Shown piece by piece: positions 27,036-38,828 of a stretch of 64,000 nt of DNA. A program made the translations under genes and the position numbers. This DNA is from Octopus bimaculoides (taxonomy: Eukaryota). The DNA lies in contig NC_068991.1 in the NCBI RefSeq assembly GCF_001194135.2, forward strand, positions 42,784,939 through 42,848,938, written 5' to 3'. Below the pieces are notes generated by a model. That model had not been told where the DNA came from and made no database searches. It saw only the letters and a program-made list of their open reading frames with translations. Every line of letters begins with the position of its first letter. Within the stretch, counting starts at the first letter, position 1.

Positions 27036-27758
27036 CATATAAAATGATCTAAATTAAAACTCTCCAACAAAATTTCATGCTAATTAATGTCCTAAGCACC
27101 AGGTTAATAAAGACAAAGTTATTTTACTAAATTTTTAATTATTTTCAAAATGAAATGAAATAAATTTTCCACAGAAATATGGTAGCAAAAGGGTTAAAAA
27201 CATGGATTTAGTAGAAAGAAACTGAAAGAAGCTAATCAGTTGTATCGTAAAGCAAATACCACCATGAGTAATATCCAAACTTCAGTGGAAAAGGCAAGTC
27301 ACTGAATTGGGTTAAAAAAGACAATGAGCAATGGCTAGAAGAATACTGAGCTGAACCTAATAACCAGTTGAACTCGATCATTTCAGTGAGGGAGGCTGAT
27401 GCGCAATGATGCTGTCAAGAGGCAGGCCCCAAAATGGTGTGCATTCTCTCCTGATGACCCCATAAACATGCTGGCTTCCAGTATGTGGAGCTTTCAACTG
27501 GTAGCACTTGCATATATATATATATATATATATANNNNNNNNNNNNNNNNNNNNNNNNNNNNNNNNNNNNNNNNNNNNNNNNNNNNNNNNNNNNNNNNNN
27601 NNNNNNNNNNNNNNNNNNNNNNNNNNNNNNNNNNNNNNNNNNNNNNNNNNNNNNNNNNNNNNNNNNNNNNNNNNNNNNNNNNNNNNNNNNNNNNNNNNNN
27701 NNNNNNNNNNNNNNNNNNNNNNNNNNNNNNNNNNNNNNNNNNNNNNNNNNNNNNNNNN

Positions 27759-27805
<47 letters not shown>

Positions 27806-28459
27806 GTGTGTAATATATGTGTATATATATATAAAGTATATATATGTAATATATAGTAATAATAATAATAATAATAATAACAACAACAACATCAACAATA
27901 ATAATAATTATAATAATAAATTATTTGGACAAATATGTATAATTTGATTAGTGTGTTTAAATGTTGAGTAGTGCACTCTCAATATTGTTAACAAAGAAGT
28001 GCATTATAAACAGATTTATGGAACAATTACCCAGGTGCCTGCATACAGCTAAACACACATTCACATACTACGATCTAAACCAAACCTAACTAATGCAAAC
28101 CTAACCCTCACAACTCGGATTAATACCCCTGAATTAAAACCTCATATACTGAAAAAGAACAGTATCCAAATAACATCTATTTCGACATGCATCTTTACAA
28201 TCCTGATGTGTATATGTATATAGATATGTATATAGATATGTGTATCTTTATATGTATGTATATATGCATGTATTTATGTGTATGTGAATATATATATGTG
28301 TGTATAATGCAAGTGGGTGGGTGTATGTGTATCTGGGTTTATGTATATCTCTATATGTATCTTTATGTATGTATATATATGTGTATATGCATGTGTACCT
28401 GCATATATGAGTTTGTGTATATGTATGTCCATATATTTTCGAGCATTAGGTCTGACGAA

Positions 28460-28835
28460 GGTAAAGTGGCTAGGTTCCTTTCAAGCTTTGGGCCGCATGG
28501 AGGCAAAGTGGCTGAGCTCCTTTTCAAGTGTTGGGCCTCACGGAAGCAATGACCAAGACTTTTGGCATTATGTCGTGCTTGAGAAGAAGACCCATCAAGT
28601 CGAGCATAATTGCAGTTGCAACAGATACTGGTGTCACAGAAATGGCAACTATGCTGGTGGCACGTAAAAGCACCCATTACACTCTCAGAGTGGTTGGTCA
28701 TAGGAAGGGCATCCAACCATAGAAAACCACGCCAAATCAGACTGGATCCTGGAGCAGCCTTCTAGCATGCCAGCCCGGTCAAACCAACCAACCCATGCCA
28801 GCATGGACAATGGACATTAACTGACGACGATGATG
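28460..28835 (+). mobile_element. RTE LINE 3' end (ORF C-terminus plus 3' UTR, (GAT)n tail)
   Basis: LGLTEAMT.....LEK-type C-terminus followed by ggcacgtaaaagcaccc...ggaagggcatcc...catgccagcatgg. The same UTR recurs at about 12655-12830, 25920-26100(-), 38829-39123 and 59930-60175. Confidence 0.75.
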
Positions 28836-29030
28836 AGGATGATGATATGTATGTGTGTTGGATATACACAAACATGAAACTACTTGTCTAAGTATTAATC
28901 TTCTTTTCTCCTACTTTCTTTCCACATTCATACTTGAATTTTTTACGTTTCTATAATATTATTTGATTTTATTCATTCTCGAACTTGATGGATATACAAC
29001 AAGCCACCCGATACTAAAAATCTCTTGTGA

Positions 29031-29098
29031 GACTTCTTTATCAATGTAGCTGAAGAGACAGACTGATGGGTTGAAACATGTTGTACTTGATAAAAGTC
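29031..29098 (+). ncRNA. Type I hammerhead ribozyme (minimal, Penelope/retrozyme-like)
   Basis: CTGAAGA 29050-29056; stem II GAC/GTT; GAAA 29073-29076; stem III AC/GT around ATGTT; GTA cleavage triplet 29083-29085; bulged stem I tttatcaa..ag / cttgataaa extended by gact/agtc. Confidence 0.7.
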
Positions 29099-29128
29099 TA
29101 ATATGAAATCCATCTCCTATTATTAATT

Positions 29129-29161
<33 letters not shown>

Positions 29162-29934
29162 CACGCGCGCGCATGTGCATGTGTGTATGTATATATATAT
29201 ATATATATATGTATATACATGTGTATGTATATATATATANNNNNNNNNNNNNNNNNNNNNNNNNNNNNNNNNNNNNNNNNNNNNNNNNNNNNNNNNNNNN
29301 NNNNNNNNNNNNNNNNNNNNNNNNNNNNNNNNNNNNNNNNNNNNNNNNNNNNNNNNNNNNNNNNNNNNNNNNNNNNNNNNNNNNNNNNNNNNNNNNNNNN
29401 NNNNNNNNNNNNNNNNNNNNNNNNNNNNNNNNNNNNNNNNNNNNNNNNNNNNNNNNNNNNNNNNNNNNNNNNNNNNNNNNNNNNNNNNNNNNNNNNNNNN
29501 NNNNNNNNNNNNNNNNNNNNNNNNNNNNNNNNNNNNNNNNNNNNNNNNNNNNNNNNNNNNNNNNNNNNNNNNNNNNNNNNNNNNNNNNNNNNNNNNNNNN
29601 NNNNNNNNNNNNNNNNNNNNNNNNNNNNNNNNNNNNNNNNNNNNNNNNNNNNNNNNNNNNNNNNNNNNNNNNNNNNNNNNNNNNNNNNNNNNNNNNNNNN
29701 NNNNNNNNNNNNNNNNNTGTACATTTAAACACATAAGAGAGATGTCCATAATAGGACATCTAACCCGCTAGAAGGAGCAGTCAAACACCAAACCACAATT
29801 AGGGATAATTTTGAAAGGGAATGAAAAATAAAAACATTTACCATCTATTTCCTGAACCATGATGATGATATGTACATAACGAGCAAAGTAACTTGTTCTA
29901 AAATCTCTAAATGTAGTAACAATATTCACAATAT

Positions 29935-30429
29935 ATCTACCGGGGTACTGTCAATTTAGATAGCTGGTCCCTCAGTTTGGTCAACATTTGGCAGACTCTC
30001 CTCCTCCCATTCATTCTCCATGTTCAGCAGTCTTTCATAATGGCATCTCCAAGCTTCTTTCTTCACAGACTCATTAAAAGCAAGTGCAGACACATTTCTC
30101 TCCTATGACATTACAAATTTCTCTCACACACTGTCTTACAATCCGAAATATTTCAGCTTGTTGGTCCTCACAGCACTGAACATCGGCAAACTTCTTTTCT
30201 GCTTCTCCCTTGGCTAGATATACTTGTCTCCTAGCTTCCTTTATGGCTATCTGATACAGTTCCCTGCAGCCCCCATACTTCCAGGCTTGTTTCTTTGTTT
30301 TAATGGCCCTGTCTACGGCATTGTTCCACCACCACATTACCCTGGGTCTGGAAGGGACTTTGCACCCGCCACAGATTTTGTGACAGGGCCATTAGAGCAA
30401 AGTGGGGGCAGTAGGGAACTGTATCAGAT
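29935..30429 (-). mobile_element. RTE LINE internal fragment with an inverted duplicated 5' end
   Basis: MWWWNNAVDRAIK...EARRQVYLAKGEAEKKF and EAWRCHYERLLN linker motifs; 30381-30429 is a reversed copy of element sequence. Confidence 0.85.
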
Positions 30430-30442
30430 ACACACACACACA

Positions 30443-32611
30443 CTAGCAATGCATCACGGTGTTGCCTGGGTGTTATGACCTACAGCCATATTGTATTATT
30501 TGTTCCTTTCTTATGGGCAGAATCAGTACAGCTGATATATTGTGAACTGGATTACTGGCATAATGGAAGTTATTGTTTGTTTAAAAGTGAAGTGGGGGAG
30601 GGTACAATTTGCATGGATTTGCATGAAAGTGCTTTCTGTTCCCAAGAAGGATCACAAACTATGTATTGTTTCATCATATAAAAGAGGTTAATATGATTTT
30701 GCCTAGAAATCACATTTTCAAACTTTTAGTTTCCCTCCCGGTCCCCACCGAAATTTCTTAGTTTGTAACTTTTTTACAAATTGTTTTTTTTTTTATATCC
30801 TTGTAGAAAAATACAGAGATTATGAATCTTGGAAATATATGTTTTTTAAAGTTTAATTTTTCTTAAAGAATCACTCAATGCCCCTTCCCCCATCTTGCCC
30901 ACTCATCACCAACCAGCTTTCAAAAATCTAAAAACACCCAATGTTTCACTTTCATCTGATGTTTCACGCATGCACAGAATTGTACTGAAATAGCAGACGT
31001 AAAAAATATTAGAGCACCACCAGAAAACCTGACATGATAGAAACAACAGGTAAACGGCATCATTTCTGAAGAAACTTCCCTGCTTTCCAAAAAGCTAAAA
31101 GTGAAACGTTGGGAATTTGTAGCTTTTTGAAAGTGGTGAGGTGAGGTGATGGGTGGATGTTTGGGAAGGGGATTTTAATGTTTCTTTAAGAAAAAAGAAA
31201 CAAGAAATTTGATAAAGATTTGTACTCTCTGTTTTTTTCTCCATGGATTACCAAGAAAAATATTTGAAGAAAGTATAAAATAAAGAAATTGGGTTGGGGA
31301 CGGAGAAAATTAAAGTATTGAGAACGTGTTCTTTTGGGTGAAATCCTAATCTCCTGTATTGAAAACATAGGAATCAGAAGAAATTTAGGAAAAAAATGGG
31401 GGTGGGGGGAATGTCACCTCGGACATGCTAGAAACAACAGGAGTTCTGGGAGAACTTCCTTTTAAATTTATATTGAAGATCAGGTTTTTAAATACACTCA
31501 TCACAAACAGGAATTACAGAATAGAAAAAGGTGATTTCAATTGGATTTTAGCTGTAATTTTGCATGCGCACATAGCAAGAAATAACATAATTCATATAGA
31601 AGTTTTANNNNNNNNNNGTGTGTGCCAGAGGAAGTTATTTTATGGCATTCTTTCGTTTGAAGCAGGAAAGCTGTCAACTTAATCATATGGGATATGATTG
31701 TTTGTTAATTTCCATAACTTTTTTTTTATTTCTTTAGGCTTTGAAGTGAGCAGAAAGTGAAAGAGAGGAGAAAGTGAAAGAGAGGAGAAAGTGAAACTGT
31801 AACATTTGGTTTGAAGTGAGAGCAGAGAATAAAAGAGAGGAGAAAGTGAAAGATGTATGTACCTGTATATGAAATGGATGTGTGTGTGTGAGAGAAAGGA
31901 GAGAGAGTGAGTGAAGGTGTGTGTTGTCATGTATGGGTGAGTGGCACTCACTTGGTCTGTCTCTGGCTCACACACATCTTTCATATCCACATACATAAAT
32001 ACATATGCATACATCTTTTTTGTATTATATGTGCATGTGAGAGAGAGAGAGTCATAGAGAAATAGATGTCATGTAGAAAATGAGACATCATTGTCATCGT
32101 GGTATAAAATGCTTATGATAGTTGACTTATAGAAAAGATTATAATGTAAAATTATTGTAATAAAAATAAAGTTTATTTGACAGTTGTAAGATTACTGAAT
32201 GTTTTGATACTCCATATGACAAAATTGGCAACTCAGTTTTCAAATGCATAAGGAAGATATGCACGTACGCACACTCACACATACAAACTCTCTTTTATAT
32301 ATATGGAAGTGTCCCTGACTCTCACATTCCTTGTGTGTCTATCTCTTTCTGTCTCCTCCCCTTACCTGATATCAGCCACCCTCATTAGGCCATATTTCCC
32401 TGAACCTAATACTTTTGCGCCCGTCTCATTTTATCATGTAATAACCCAACCCCCATAGTCAGTTCATTATCAGTTTTTATTGAAATCCAATTAGCCTATA
32501 ATTGAATTGGATCTTAGTTCAACATGTATATAAAGTTTGGTGAAGATTGGTTCCTTTGTTTGGGCAGCAAGATGATAAAAGACAGACAGAAATTGCCATT
32601 TATATATAAGA
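30443..32611 (-). mobile_element. Probable non-autonomous Helitron (Lep1-like ends)
   Basis: On the minus strand: host A then 5'-TC at 32611-32610 (TCTTATATATAAATGG...(ctgt)n); 3'-CTAG at 30446-30443 then host T, with a degenerate GC-rich hairpin about 10 nt upstream. The two ends are separated by a 10-N gap. Confidence 0.5.
30685..31355. repeat. Foldback element: about 260-bp diverged inverted arms (30685-30952 and 31098-31355), about 145-bp spacer
   Basis: Collinear inverted matches such as cccaatgtttcacttt/aaagtgaaacgttggg, ctttcaaaa/ttttgaaag, ccccttccc/gggaagggg, ttcttaaagaa/ttctttaagaa, gtccccac/ggttggggac. Confidence 0.75.
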
Positions 32612-32639
32612 TGTATGTATGTATGTATGTATGTATTTA

Positions 32640-33917
32640 TTAGGTCATCAAATATGAAATTTGTAGAAAAGAAAAAAAAAGTTTGCTAATGTTTTATAAA
32701 TACAAGGAATAGTTTTATTCATCAAGGTATGCACCCATATTGCCAATACACTTTTGCCATTTCAGCGGTAGTTTGTCTAGCCGGGAACTGTAAAAGCCTG
32801 GCAATCTAGAGTCAATAAAATCTTGGAAGGCCTGTTTTACAGCATCGTCGGAATTAAATTTTTTTCCTATCAAAAACTTATCCAAATTCTGGAAGAAGTG
32901 GCAGTCAGTGGGGGCAAGATCAGGTGAGTATGGTGGATGATGGAGAACTTCTAACTCCAATTCCTGTAGTTTCGCCAATGTAATTTTTGTGATGAGTAGT
33001 CTGGCGTTGTCTTCCAATAAAATAGGAGTGGATCTATTGACTAATCTAGGCTGTCTTTTTTGTAAGTTTTTGCATCATTTGGTCCAGTCGGTTGCAGTAT
33101 ACTTTGGCTGTGATTGATGAGCCAGGTTTAATGAAATCATAATGGATCACACCCGTGCCAGACCACCAAACACACACCATCAGCTTCTTTTGATGAATTT
33201 TGCTTTTTGGACTGTGTTTTGGTGGCTCATCTTTGTCCAACCATTGTGCTAAACATTTACAATTGTTGTATTGGATCCATTTCTCATCATTACAATTCGA
33301 TTCGAAAATGATTCATTTTTGTGACAAGAAAGTAGCATAATGCAGGCTTCCAAATGTTGCTGTTTCTGATTTTCATTGAGTTCATGTGGAACCCTCTTAT
33401 CCAAATTTTCCACTTTACCGATTTGAACTAGATGAGTCAATATTGTTTGCTTGCTAACATCAAACAACAATGATAATTCACAGGCACTTTGAGATGGATC
33501 TGACCTAACGGTGGCTTTCAGTTCATCATTATCCACTTTAGTTTCTGGTCGACCGCATAGCTTATTTGTGAAGTCAGTTATCAGAACAAAATTTTGCAAA
33601 CCAATTTGATACTGTCTGCTGTGTAATAACATTAGAATGAAATACTCCATTAATATTCTGAGCTGTCTGTGATGCTGTATTTCCAAGAAAGAACTCAAAT
33701 TTCAAAATTGTACGAATTTCCGACTTGTCCATCTCTTAACAAAAATAGCAAAACACGATTTATGAATACTTTATAAAGTGCAAAATGAGTTAGAATAAAG
33801 AAATAGATGTGTCAGCTTTCTAACAAAAATAAAGATTGTCAAAATATAATAATGGCACAAAATGAGCAGCTGTCAAAGTTTACCATGTACCTTACTACAA
33901 ATTTCACACTTGATGAC

Positions 33918-33921
<4 letters not shown>
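32640..33921 (-). mobile_element. Full-length mariner (1282 bp) with 27-bp TIRs and TA TSD; transposase frameshifted
   Basis: TIRs 32640-32666 and 33895-33921 (2 mismatches), TA on both sides. ATG at 33732 (MDKSEIRTILKFEF), RVPHEL (WVPHEL-like), DNAR, YSPDLAPTD; two or more frameshifts. Confidence 0.95.
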
Positions 33922-33956
<35 letters not shown>

Positions 33957-35335
33957 AAAAAAAAAGAAGAAAATATAACCTGGGGTTGATTCATTTGACT
34001 AAAAATTCTTCAAAGCAGTGCCTCAGCATGGCCACAATCTAATGACTGAAACAAGTAAACAATAAAAAAGAAAAGATAGAGTAAGCAATTATCCTAATTT
34101 TGCTAATTATAAGGTTGTACCACCTCCAAGAATATTTTAGCAGCTTCTGGAAAACCATGCCATGACACATCTGTCAAACCATCTAATCCATGCTGGTGCA
34201 GAAGACGGACATTAAAAATGATGATCCTCCTCCTTTACCTCTGAGAAGCTGAACTGTGTCTTCTAGATAAATGACTTAATTATACTAGCTCGAGATTTAA
34301 CCATTTATCTGGCCCAAATATTCTACCTGTTTTATGTTCAAACTAGCAAGATTCATCCTCTCACACCTAAAATAAACAATCATATTGTAGGTGGTGTGGT
34401 TGTGTGGCAAGAAGTTTGCTTCTTGACCATATGGTTTCAGGTTCAGTCCCACTGTGTGGTACTTTGGGTAAGTGTCTCTTATTATAACCTCAGGTCAACC
34501 AAAGCCTTGGGAGTGGATTTGGTAGATGGAAACTGAAAAAAGTCTATCACATACATGTGTGTCTTTGTGTTTCTGTTTGTCCCCAGCCACTGTTTAACAA
34601 CTAGTGTTGGTGTGTTTATATCCCTGTAACTTAGTGGTTCAACAGAAGAGACCAATAGAATAAGTATCCAGCTTTAAAAGTATAAGCACCGGAGTCGACT
34701 CGCTTAACTGAAAATTCTTTAAGGCAGTACCCTAGCATGGCTACAGTTTGATGATTGGAAAGAAAAATAAAATAAAAGGACATCATAAAAATTTTGAAGC
34801 TACAAATAATACATGATTAGTTCAAAACAAGGGGAATTACAGAGTAATCTGAACGCTAAAGTGTTAAACTTTCAATGTTCCAAATTATAAGGGGGGGGGG
34901 GCAGTACGTGTGCATGAGAGAGAAAGACAGAGGCAGAGAGAGATTTTTGCATTTGGATAATTTGAAAAGTCATAAAATCATCTGAATAATTCTATCATAG
35001 GTTGAATGCATTTGCTTCCTCTTCCGTTGGTTCAGTGAAGCCCAGTGCCACCATGTCTTTCTCTACAACAGATCACCCACCCATGACTCAATACCACCCA
35101 GTTTTAACACTATCACCTGATCAATGGGTACCTTTAGTAGAATCCACTTTAAGTATTCAAACATGATCCCTGGTTCCTACTCTACCCACATTTTCAGTAG
35201 GCATTAAACTGGAGAGGATCATCCACAACAATTTAATGAGTCAAGGAGAATTCTGGTCCTCTTCTCTTGACTATACTCTACACATTTTTACTGCCTCACA
35301 TTCTACCATTCTACATACAATATATATAAATGTTA

Positions 35336-35974
35336 AGGTGGCAAGCTGGCAGAAACGTTAGTACACTGGGCGAAATGCTTAGCGGTATTTCGTCTACCGC
35401 TACGTTCTGAGTTCAAATTCCACCGAGGTCGCTTTCATCCTTTTGGGGTCAATTAACTAAGTATCAGTTACGCACTGGGGTCGATATAATCAACTTAATC
35501 CATTTGTCTGTTCTTGTTTGTCCCCTCTGTGTGTAGCCCCTTGTGGGTAGTAAAGAAATAAGAAACGTTAGTACGCTGGGTTAAATGCCTAGTGGTATTT
35601 CATCTGTCTTTACATTCTGAGTTCAAATTCTGCTGAGATCAGCTTTGCCTTTCATCCTTTTTTTTGGGGGGGGGGGTCGATAAATTAAGTACCAGCTGTG
35701 TACTGAGGTTGATCTAATCGACTGGCCCCCTCCCCCAAAATTTTGGGCCTTGTGCCTAGAGTAGAAAAGAATATATATATATATATAAATGTTAAGGCGG
35801 CGAGCTGGCAGAAACATTAGCACGCCGAGTGAAATGCTTAGTGGTATTTCGTCTGTCTTTATATTCTGAGTTCAAATTCCACCGAGATCGACTTTGCCTT
35901 TCATTCTTTCGGGGTTGATAAATTAAGGATCCCCTTCCCAAAAATGTTGGGCCTTGTGCCTAGAGTAGAAAAGA
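35336..35974 (+). mobile_element. Three SINE-B units stacked head to tail
   Basis: Heads aggtggcaagctggcagaaac (35336) and aggcggcgagctggcagaaac (35795), internal restart at 35561, B-box gagttcaaattc in each, flanked by three copies of atatatataaatgtta. Confidence 0.92.
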
Positions 35975-36104
35975 ATATATATAAATGTTAGATGTCTAAG
36001 TTATAACTTTCTATCCAATAGTATGACTGGTGTGTAATTGATCAGTGAAGTATTATAAAATATTTGGGTTTCATGCTTCAGGACTTTTACAGGCATGAAT
36101 ACGT

Positions 36105-36256
36105 GTAAGTATGGCTGTGTGAAGAAGTCTGCTTCCCAGCTACATGATTTCTGGTCCAGTCCCAGTGCTTGGCACCTTGAGCTTCTACAATAACAGTTTT
36201 AAGCTGACTAAATCCTTGAGAGTGCATTTAGTAAATGGAAACTGACAGAAACTCAT

Positions 36257-36304
<48 letters not shown>

Positions 36305-36522
36305 CGTGCGTGTGTGATAGTTGTAAACAAGTGCCACTATCATTCAAGTGGTGTCCATTTCCTATCATGCATAAAAAACATACCTGACCATGGGGAAATA
36401 TCAGCTTGGTTGAAAACAGGTGAGAGTTAGTCATAAGGACATCTGGCTACAGAAAATTTGTTTTAACAAATTCTGTCTAACTCATGCAAGCATGGAAAAG
36501 TGAACATTAAAATACGATGATG
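36105..36522 (+). mobile_element. Composite SINE: SINE-A head with an alternative RTE-type 3' half
   Basis: SINE-A head and (TG)n followed by ...ccatggggaaata...catgcaagcatggaaaagtg..gatgatg. Similar copies or parts at about 25690-25920, 44935-45315(-), 55090-55420 and 59420-59650(-). Confidence 0.7.
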
Positions 36523-36955
36523 ACTTGCAAAATACATGCACAGTAACTTAAACTAAATTTTACAATAAAAACTATGTTATTAAAACTGTCATGAAAGTAG
36601 CGAGTCACAGATAACTAAATGGCAGTAATGTTGGCTTAAAAAGGGTAAAGGGTAAAGATCCATTTTGGTCATGAATGATCATGGGATTGCACCCAGAAAG
36701 TTACCCTCTAAGGCACAAGTCTAGGCAAGGTTGTTTATGGAAGACCAGTAGTTGCCCATGCATACTAGCCTCCCCTCTCCATACCAGCAATGTTATCCAA
36801 GGGAAAGGCAACAGCTGATACTGCTTGGCACCAGTGATGTCACAACTCATTTCTACAGCTAAGTGAACCATAAGATAAAGTGTCATGCTCAAGAACACAA
36901 CACACAGCCTGAGCCATTGAGCCATGCACCTTCACAATATTGACTTACCCTTTAA

Positions 36956-37175
36956 CCCTTTAGTGTTCAGATTACTCAGCCAAATGTAATCCATACTCAT
37001 TAAAATTGCTTTGAATTAATCATACTTTATTTCATAACGTTAAGATTTAAATGATATGATTGTTTATTTTTACAATGACATTGTAAGGTAGATGTGAGAG
37101 GCCAGATGTGACCAGTGTGAACATAAAACAGGTAAAATATTCAGGCTGGATATGGCTGGTTTAAATGCTGAAGTG
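36956..37175 (+). mobile_element. piggyBac-like MITE (about 220 bp, TTAA TSD)
   Basis: ttaa|cccttta...gaagtg|ttaa. Other copies: 60945-61165 (reversed, TTAA both sides), 54598-54806 (partial) and about 34275-34862 (split by a SINE-A). Confidence 0.75.
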
Positions 37176-38418
37176 TTAATGTTGGCTTACCAACAGAAGA
37201 ACTGACAGTTTATGCACACTCACCAATACTGCATTGCGTCCTTGACAACTAGTTTTAAATCCCAAGGGAGCAGCCACTTACCTACAAACAGGTTGTTTTT
37301 ATCCCCAAACAACCCTGATCAAGAATACCTTTAATCAATAAAATTCCGGCTGTGACCATTTGACTATTTTGTCAATCTGTGATTACATTATCTAACGTCT
37401 ACCTTAATTTGTAGATGTGGTTGCTATATCTAGCAGGTCAAGCATCCACATAGAGAGTCTTTCAGCATGTGAGTTAATACAGCAACTGAGAAGTAATTTG
37501 TTAGCTTGCAATGCTGAGTCAAAATCTTTTCAGAGTCATGTGGAATAAAACAATGGCTAAATCAATCCAGTATATTCTCAATGCGGTCACTACATGAATG
37601 TGTTTCGATGGGTAACAAGAATTTACCTTTTTCAGTGAAAATAACTGAAATAATTTAACTGGATCATATCTGATAAAACTAGAGAAAGGTATATTACAAA
37701 GGAAGAGGGGAGAAGAGAAAAGAAAAAAGAAGCAGAAATAATATGACAATAATGATAAAATGATGGAATCTTTATTTTATGGTTGCATGATACAAAACAA
37801 TCATTCAATCATCCTTTTGAGAATTGATTCATGTTGCAGAAGAGGAAAACAATTGATGAAATGATTTTCTCATTCCAGAATGTTTTAGAAATATCATGTC
37901 TTCTTTTTTTTTAAATAAGGAAAAGTTTAACAAACTTTGATTATTTTCAGGTAATATACCATCAGTATTTTTTATTACCATTATTTATGATATTTTTTTT
38001 TTAACACAATTTTAGTTTAGTTGCTGGATGCAAATCTGGTTAAAGTATAAGGACAGAATTGTAAATGGAAGAAAAATTTTAGATATGAAAAAAATTAATT
38101 TTTACATATAAAAATTATTGCAGACTAGCTTCATAATTTTAACTTATTTGCTTTATTTGTTTTCAACACTTGTTGAAGAGGAAAATGTTTTCATGATTGT
38201 GAAAAGACTAGATAATTTCCAAATGAAAATATTTTTGAATAACTACAAAAAAAAAAATCATAATATAAAGAAAGGGAAAGAAAAGTAAATGCTTTAAAAA
38301 AAAAAAAGAAAATATCTTCCTGACACCTCTCCCAGAGCACCCATTAAAAAAGTTGCTTCTTTGCAGTTTGTACAAATCAAGATCTCAAAATAAAGGCAGC
38401 ATGGTTCCTTTATAGCAG

Positions 38419-38517
38419 CTATTTTCCTTCTTTTAAAGCCATATGCCTCATTAATTGATTTGTTAATTTCTCCAGTCTCTTTATGTCCTGAGCATGTTCT
38501 GTTTTATATTGTACACA
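38419..38517 (-). CDS. SRP9: Signal recognition particle 9 kDa protein, last coding exon
   Basis: Acceptor (t)n-cag, then CVQYKTEHAQDIKRLEKLTNQLMRHMALKEGK and TAG; matches the SRP9 C-terminal half. Confidence 0.95.
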   Translation of the reverse strand, partial: CVQYKTEHAQDIKRLEKLTNQLMRHMALKEGK

Positions 38518-38828
38518 CTGAAAAAAAAAAAAAAAAGATTGGTGATTAGTATGGAGGCTATGGAAAATTGGGCAATAATGAAATCTGAATCAGAGGAAAA
38601 ATATGCACAATGACAAAAGGAAAAATATACAAGTATGTAAAGAGCAAAATTGAACACTTAAGTCATAGCAAATATGATACAGGAAGTAAGCTGTTGTTCA
38701 ATGTAGTCAACAAATGTCTCATATGTGTAATTACTTTACTAACATTGGTAATGATCCCAAGAAAGTTATGAAGTTCACATAAAAACACTTTATCCTACTG
38801 GAAATTTGAAGCCTTATGGTGACATGTG

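Noticed and set aside
35336-35430. tRNA-like A/B boxes in SINE heads as tRNA genes
   Set aside because: No complete cloverleaf; they continue into SINE core and tail sequence.
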